Shown in pieces: positions 7,162 to 10,526 of a stretch of DNA of 10,526 bases. A model generated the notes under the pieces. It ran no database searches, was not told the origin of the DNA, and saw only the letters and a list, made by a program, of their open reading frames with translations. The translations under genes were made by a program, and so were the position numbers. The stretch's first letter is position 1, and each line of letters starts with the position of its first letter. Source of the stretch: Armatimonadota bacterium (GTDB lineage Bacteria > Sysuimicrobiota > Sysuimicrobiia > Sysuimicrobiales > Humicultoraceae); NCBI GenBank assembly GCA_037446215.1, contig JBBIJB010000076.1, positions 1 through 10,526 of the forward strand, in the 5' to 3' direction.

Positions 7162-7871
7162 CGCTTCACCTCTTCCTCGAGTACCTTCTCGTAGTATCGC
7201 AGGCGTGCATCCACATCGTCGAGGCCGCCCCAGAACCTGCGGTCCGGGTTCTTGTAGATCCTGGGCGTGGCGAGCTCCACGACCCTCAGCCCGGCTCGGG
7301 CGGCTTGTATCCAGACCTGCAGCGGCATGCCGTAGGAAGGCTCGGTGAGGGCGAAGGAGCGCAGCGCGTCGGCCCGGTAGGCCTTGAAACCGCAGAATGC
7401 GTCTGTTATCGCGTAGCCCGTCAGGGCTATCAGCCTCGCCGTTATCTCCTCGTTGAGGCGCCGGCGATCGGGCGGCGGCTCGTCGCCGCCCATTCCGGGG
7501 TCGAGATAGCGGCTGCCGGACACCACATCCGCGCCGTCCAGCGCCTCCATGAACTCGGGGATCTGCCCTGGCACGTGCTGCTCATCGCAGTCTATCGTGA
7601 CCACGGCGTCGTAGCCGTGCGCCGTAGCGTATCCGAAGCCGTCGATCAGCGACTGCCCGTACCCCTCGTTTTGCGCGTGCGTGAGAACCGTGACCTCGCG
7701 GTAGGCCCGCAGTATCTGCGGGGAGCGGTCGGTCGAGCCGTCGTCCACCACAAGCACGTCCGCCTTCGGGGCGGACGCGCGGACCTGCCGGACAACGCTG
7801 TCCAGGCTGGCCTCCTCGTTGAAGAGGGGGATGACCACGATCGCTCGGCGCATCGACTCCGAAGAACGCAC
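7140..7871 (-). CDS. Glycosyltransferase family 2 (DPM1/polyprenol-phosphate glycosyltransferase-like)
   Basis: VVIPLFNEE, VVDDGSTD, H..N.GYG, DxD motif TIDCDEQH, VSGSRY, TDAFCGFKAY. AAGGAG lies 7 nt before GTG 7871. No C-terminal TM helices. Confidence 0.92.
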   Translation of the reverse strand: MRSSESMRRAIVVIPLFNEEASLDSVVRQVRASAPKADVLVVDDGSTDRSPQILRAYREVTVLTHAQNEGYGQSLIDGFGYATAHGYDAVVTIDCDEQHVPGQIPEFMEALDGADVVSGSRYLDPGMGGDEPPPDRRRLNEEITARLIALTGYAITDAFCGFKAYRADALRSFALTEPSYGMPLQVWIQAARAGLRVVELATPRIYKNPDRRFWGGLDDVDARLRYYEKVLEEEVKRWRGSSQ

Positions 7872-7896
7872 CGGGCAGCTCCTTGGATTCCCGACG

Positions 7897-8586
7897 TCAG
7901 AGAAGCTTCACTCCGTTGATCTGCAGCTTGAAGTCGCAGCCGAGGAATCGGGCGGCCCTCCGGCACATCAGCATCCTGTCAAGGAAGATCTCGAAGTACT
8001 CCATGACCTGGGAGATCGTCGTGTCGATCGTGAGCTCCAAGGTGAGGGTCTTGGCCGTCTCGTCCACCCGAAGGAACGAGTGCTCCACGGCGTAGTTGAC
8101 CCTGTCGTGGATGTCAAAGGCCGTGGTGTCGGGGTTACGCACACGCGTCCGGTGGACGTCGGACTTGTCCGCCAGGATGACCGCCGCGCCCGCGGCGCTG
8201 ACCGCCTCCCCGTGGCGCTCCTCGTGATTGCCGATCGCCCCCATGACGATGGCTCGCTCCTCGGCGCCCATTCCCAACCGCGCCAGTATCCGGTCGGCGA
8301 GCAGCGCCGCGGCCTGCTCGTGGTTCTCGCGACTGACCATGTTGCCGAGGTCGTGCAGGTAGGCCGAGATCGCCGCCAGCTCCGCGGTTCGCTCGTCCAT
8401 GCCCAGGCGGCGCAGGACGTTCCCGGCGATGCTCGCGGTGAGGTTCGCGTGCCTAAGTCCGTGCTCGGTGTAGCCGATGACCCCCGTGTACTCGTTGGCC
8501 TTGGCCAGGAATACGTCCACCTCACCGTCGCGCCTGACGTCGTCAAGCCCTGGCCCAGGAGGGGGCGCGGCTCTCTCTTCTCTCAC
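7897..8586 (-). CDS. HD-domain metal-dependent phosphohydrolase
   Basis: EHGLRH, YLHDLGN, GNHEE, ILADKSDVHRTRVR, DIHDRVNYAV. Purine-rich RBS (GAGAGGAAG) before the GTG. Confidence 0.9.
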   Translation of the reverse strand: MREERAAPPPGPGLDDVRRDGEVDVFLAKANEYTGVIGYTEHGLRHANLTASIAGNVLRRLGMDERTAELAAISAYLHDLGNMVSRENHEQAAALLADRILARLGMGAEERAIVMGAIGNHEERHGEAVSAAGAAVILADKSDVHRTRVRNPDTTAFDIHDRVNYAVEHSFLRVDETAKTLTLELTIDTTISQVMEYFEIFLDRMLMCRRAARFLGCDFKLQINGVKLL

Positions 8587-8620
8587 AGTGCTCTTCCTCT
8601 CGGGCCGCCGCTCCCCAGCC

Positions 8621-8911
8621 CTACTCCTCGCCCTTCGAGCGGACGTAGCTGACCGATCCGCGGTCCGCCTTGACCCTGACGTTGGGCGCCAGGTCGAGAT
8701 TGAGGACGTCGTCCTTGATCTCCGCGATCGTCGCGTGGATCCCGCCCAGCGTGACCACGCGGTCGCCCCTCTTGAGCGCCGAGAGCATCTGCTGTCGCTT
8801 GCGTGCCTGCGTACGCTGCGGCCTGATCATCAGGAAGTAGAACACCGCGAAGATCAGAACCCAGAGCACGATAACGGGAACCGGCGACTGGCTTGCCTGC
8901 AATGCCTGCAT
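8621..8911 (-). CDS. yajC: Preprotein translocase subunit YajC
   Basis: TM followed by FYFLMIRPQ and LKRGDRVVTLGGI. GAGGAGG RBS upstream. Follows tgt as in the conserved arrangement. Confidence 0.96.
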   Translation of the reverse strand: MQALQASQSPVPVIVLWVLIFAVFYFLMIRPQRTQARKRQQMLSALKRGDRVVTLGGIHATIAEIKDDVLNLDLAPNVRVKADRGSVSYVRSKGEE

Positions 8912-8962
8912 CCTTCATCCTCCTCAGCCGATCTGGCGGCGGGTCTGCTCCCGCGTTAGGAC

Positions 8963-8991
8963 ATTATACCTTGCCGGCTGCCGCGCCGCAC
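8963..8991 (-). promoter_or_regulatory. Putative sigma70 promoter upstream of yajC
   Basis: Perfect TATAAT (8968-8963) in the longest clearly non-coding gap, in a GC-rich background. The -35 at 17-nt spacing is poor (GTGCGG). Confidence 0.55.
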
Positions 8992-9028
8992 CTCGTGGTC
9001 CGCCGCTCGTGCGCGCAGCGCGATCCCA

Positions 9029-10156
9029 TCACCAGGAGGTGGAGTAGAGCTCCAGTGTCCCTTCCTTCCAGGAGGCGTAGCGCCCTTCGCGCAGCGCCTC
9101 CCTCGCCTCCTCCATCAGCCGGCCGATGAACCACAGGTTGTGATAGGTGGCAAGCCTGGGGCCGAGCATCTCGTCGGCGGCGAAGAGGTGCCTCAGGTAG
9201 GCGCGCGTGGTGCGCCCGCAGACGCTGCACGCGCAGGCCGGGTCGGGAGGCGAGAGATCGGCCCTGAACCTGGCATTTCGCAGGTTGATCCGTCCCTCCC
9301 GGGTGAAGAGCATCCCGGTGCGCGCCACCCGCGTCGGCAGCGCGCAGTCGAAGAGGTCTATGCCGCGGGCGATCCCCTCGAGGAGATCGGGCACCCCACC
9401 GACGCCCATCAAGTAGCGCGGGGCACCGGTGGGGAGTTCGGCGACGACCGCCTCGATGGCATCGAGCGCGGCCTGCTTGGGCTCACCCACCGAGAGGCCG
9501 CCGATCGCGTATCCTGGGAAGCCCAACTCCGCGGTGCGGCGGGCGGCCTCGGCCCGAAGCGCGGGCTCGACTCCCCCCTGGACGATGCCAAAGAGATCTC
9601 CTCCCCCGACCTCCCGCCTCCGCGCTTGGGAGCGGGCAGCCCACCGCAGCGTCCGCTCGAGCGCGTCGCGCGCCTCGCCCGGCCCGTGAGGGTATCCCAG
9701 GCAGACGTCCAGCGGCATGACGAACTCCGACCCCAGGGCTCGCTGGATGTCGACCACGCCCTCAGGGGTGAACCTGTGTGGGCTGCCGTCGAACGGCGAC
9801 CTGAACTCTACCCCGCCGTCGTCCACGCGGCGCATCCGGGAGAGGCTGTGGACCTGGTACCCGCCGCTGTCGGTCAGGATGGGACCGACCCATCCCATGA
9901 ACCGGTGGAGCCCGCCCGCCGCCCCGACCACCTCCAACCCCGGCCTGAGGTAGAGGTGGAAGGCATTCGCAAGGATCATCCGGGCGCCGGACTCCGCCAC
10001 CTCTTCGGGCACCAGTGACTTGACCGTAGCATTGGTGCCCACCGGCATGAAGGCCGGCGTCTCTACGGCACCCCTGTGCGTGGAGAGACGCCCGGCCCGC
10101 CCGGCCGAGCGCGGCCCCGGCCGGCCGGCTTCAAACTCAAAGGGCTTGTGATCTAC
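9029..10156 (-). CDS. tgt: tRNA-guanine(34) transglycosylase (queuine tRNA-ribosyltransferase); start codon uncertain
   Basis: VETPAFMPVGT, ILANAFHL, TDSGGYQV, PLDVC, GIVQGG, GGLSVGE, DLFDCALPTR and Zn site CACSVC...H. Homology extends upstream of the first ATG (10048) to about 10140. Confidence 0.95.
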   Translation of the reverse strand, partial: VDHKPFEFEAGRPGPRSAGRAGRLSTHRGAVETPAFMPVGTNATVKSLVPEEVAESGARMILANAFHLYLRPGLEVVGAAGGLHRFMGWVGPILTDSGGYQVHSLSRMRRVDDGGVEFRSPFDGSPHRFTPEGVVDIQRALGSEFVMPLDVCLGYPHGPGEARDALERTLRWAARSQARRREVGGGDLFGIVQGGVEPALRAEAARRTAELGFPGYAIGGLSVGEPKQAALDAIEAVVAELPTGAPRYLMGVGGVPDLLEGIARGIDLFDCALPTRVARTGMLFTREGRINLRNARFRADLSPPDPACACSVCGRTTRAYLRHLFAADEMLGPRLATYHNLWFIGRLMEEAREALREGRYASWKEGTLELYSTSW

Positions 10157-10526
10157 GGATAGATCCCCCTGATCATCAGCGCGTTGGCCACGCGCTCCAC
10201 GGCGCGCTGCATTGCGGCAAGCCGGAGCGAGATCCCCTGCTCGTTGGCGTAGTGCAGCACGTCATGGACGCTGCGGACCATGACCTGCTCCAGCCGGCTG
10301 TTGACGTCGTGCTCGCTCCAGAACAGCGACTGCAGATCCTGGACCCACTCGAAGTAGGAGACGATCACGCCACCGGAGTTGGCGAGGATGTCCGGCAGCA
10401 CGACAACCCCTTTGGACTCGAGCACCGCGTCGGCGTCCGGTGTGGTCGGCCCGTTCGCGCCCTCCACGATCACCCTGGCCCTTATCCGGTCCGCGTTCTC
10501 ATCGGTGATCTGCCCCTCGATCGCCG
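10153..10526 (-). CDS. gdhA: Glu/Leu/Phe/Val dehydrogenase (glutamate dehydrogenase), C-terminal part; starts outside the window
   Basis: AIEGQITDENADRIRARVIVEGANGPTT, PDILANSGGVIVSYFEWVQD, C-terminal RGIYP. Confidence 0.93.
   Translation of the reverse strand, partial: AIEGQITDENADRIRARVIVEGANGPTTPDADAVLESKGVVVLPDILANSGGVIVSYFEWVQDLQSLFWSEHDVNSRLEQVMVRSVHDVLHYANEQGISLRLAAMQRAVERVANALMIRGIYP

Noticed and set aside
4883..7871. Calling the cassette a standard bshA-bshB-bshC bacillithiol operon
   Set aside because: The transferase has GT2 (DxD, GT-A) motifs rather than GT4 BshA motifs, and the third protein lacks the exact BshC signatures I can recall.
8990..9028. GC-rich self-complementary stretch after tgt as a possible terminator
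   Set aside because: No clean stem and no U-tract.
8964..9230. ORF 8964..9230, and likewise 8583..8918, on the minus strand
   Set aside because: Alternative frames overlapping tgt and yajC respectively, with no coding signal.
353..10018. Numerous long plus-strand ORFs (e.g. 1912..2610, 4188..4976, 7819..8652, 9140..10018)
   Set aside because: Antisense shadows of well-supported minus-strand genes, expected at high GC. They are R/G/P/A-rich with no motifs.
10091..10130. CCGG-rich short repeats
   Set aside because: Low-complexity coding sequence in the Tgt N-terminus, not a regular tandem array.

Overview
High-GC (roughly 70% by eye) bacterial chromosomal window. All credible genes are on the minus strand and are tightly packed, often with GTGA stop/start overlaps. 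In transcription order: 3' end of a Glu/Leu/Phe/Val dehydrogenase (gdhA-like), tgt, yajC, an HD-domain hydrolase, a three-gene cassette (GT2 glycosyltransferase, PIG-L/BshB1-type N-deacetylase, and a 532-aa unknown with WbqC/BshC-like motifs), then a System I cytochrome c maturation operon (ccmA, B, C, D, E, a 50-aa membrane micro-ORF, ccmF, start of a ccmI-like gene). Main points: (1) the cassette looks like a bacillithiol/mycothiol-logic pathway built with a different glycosyltransferase and ligase, and it overlaps ccmA; (2) ccmF is interrupted by a 34-bp insertion bounded by a GTGC direct repeat, and removing it restores a 668-aa protein; (3) the deacetylase and tgt lack canonical start codons upstream of conserved N-terminal motifs; (4) a near-consensus sigma70 promoter lies inside the 3' end of ccmB; (5) CcmE has an unusual HPVEY heme-binding motif. 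All assignments come from reading motifs by eye; no database searches were run.
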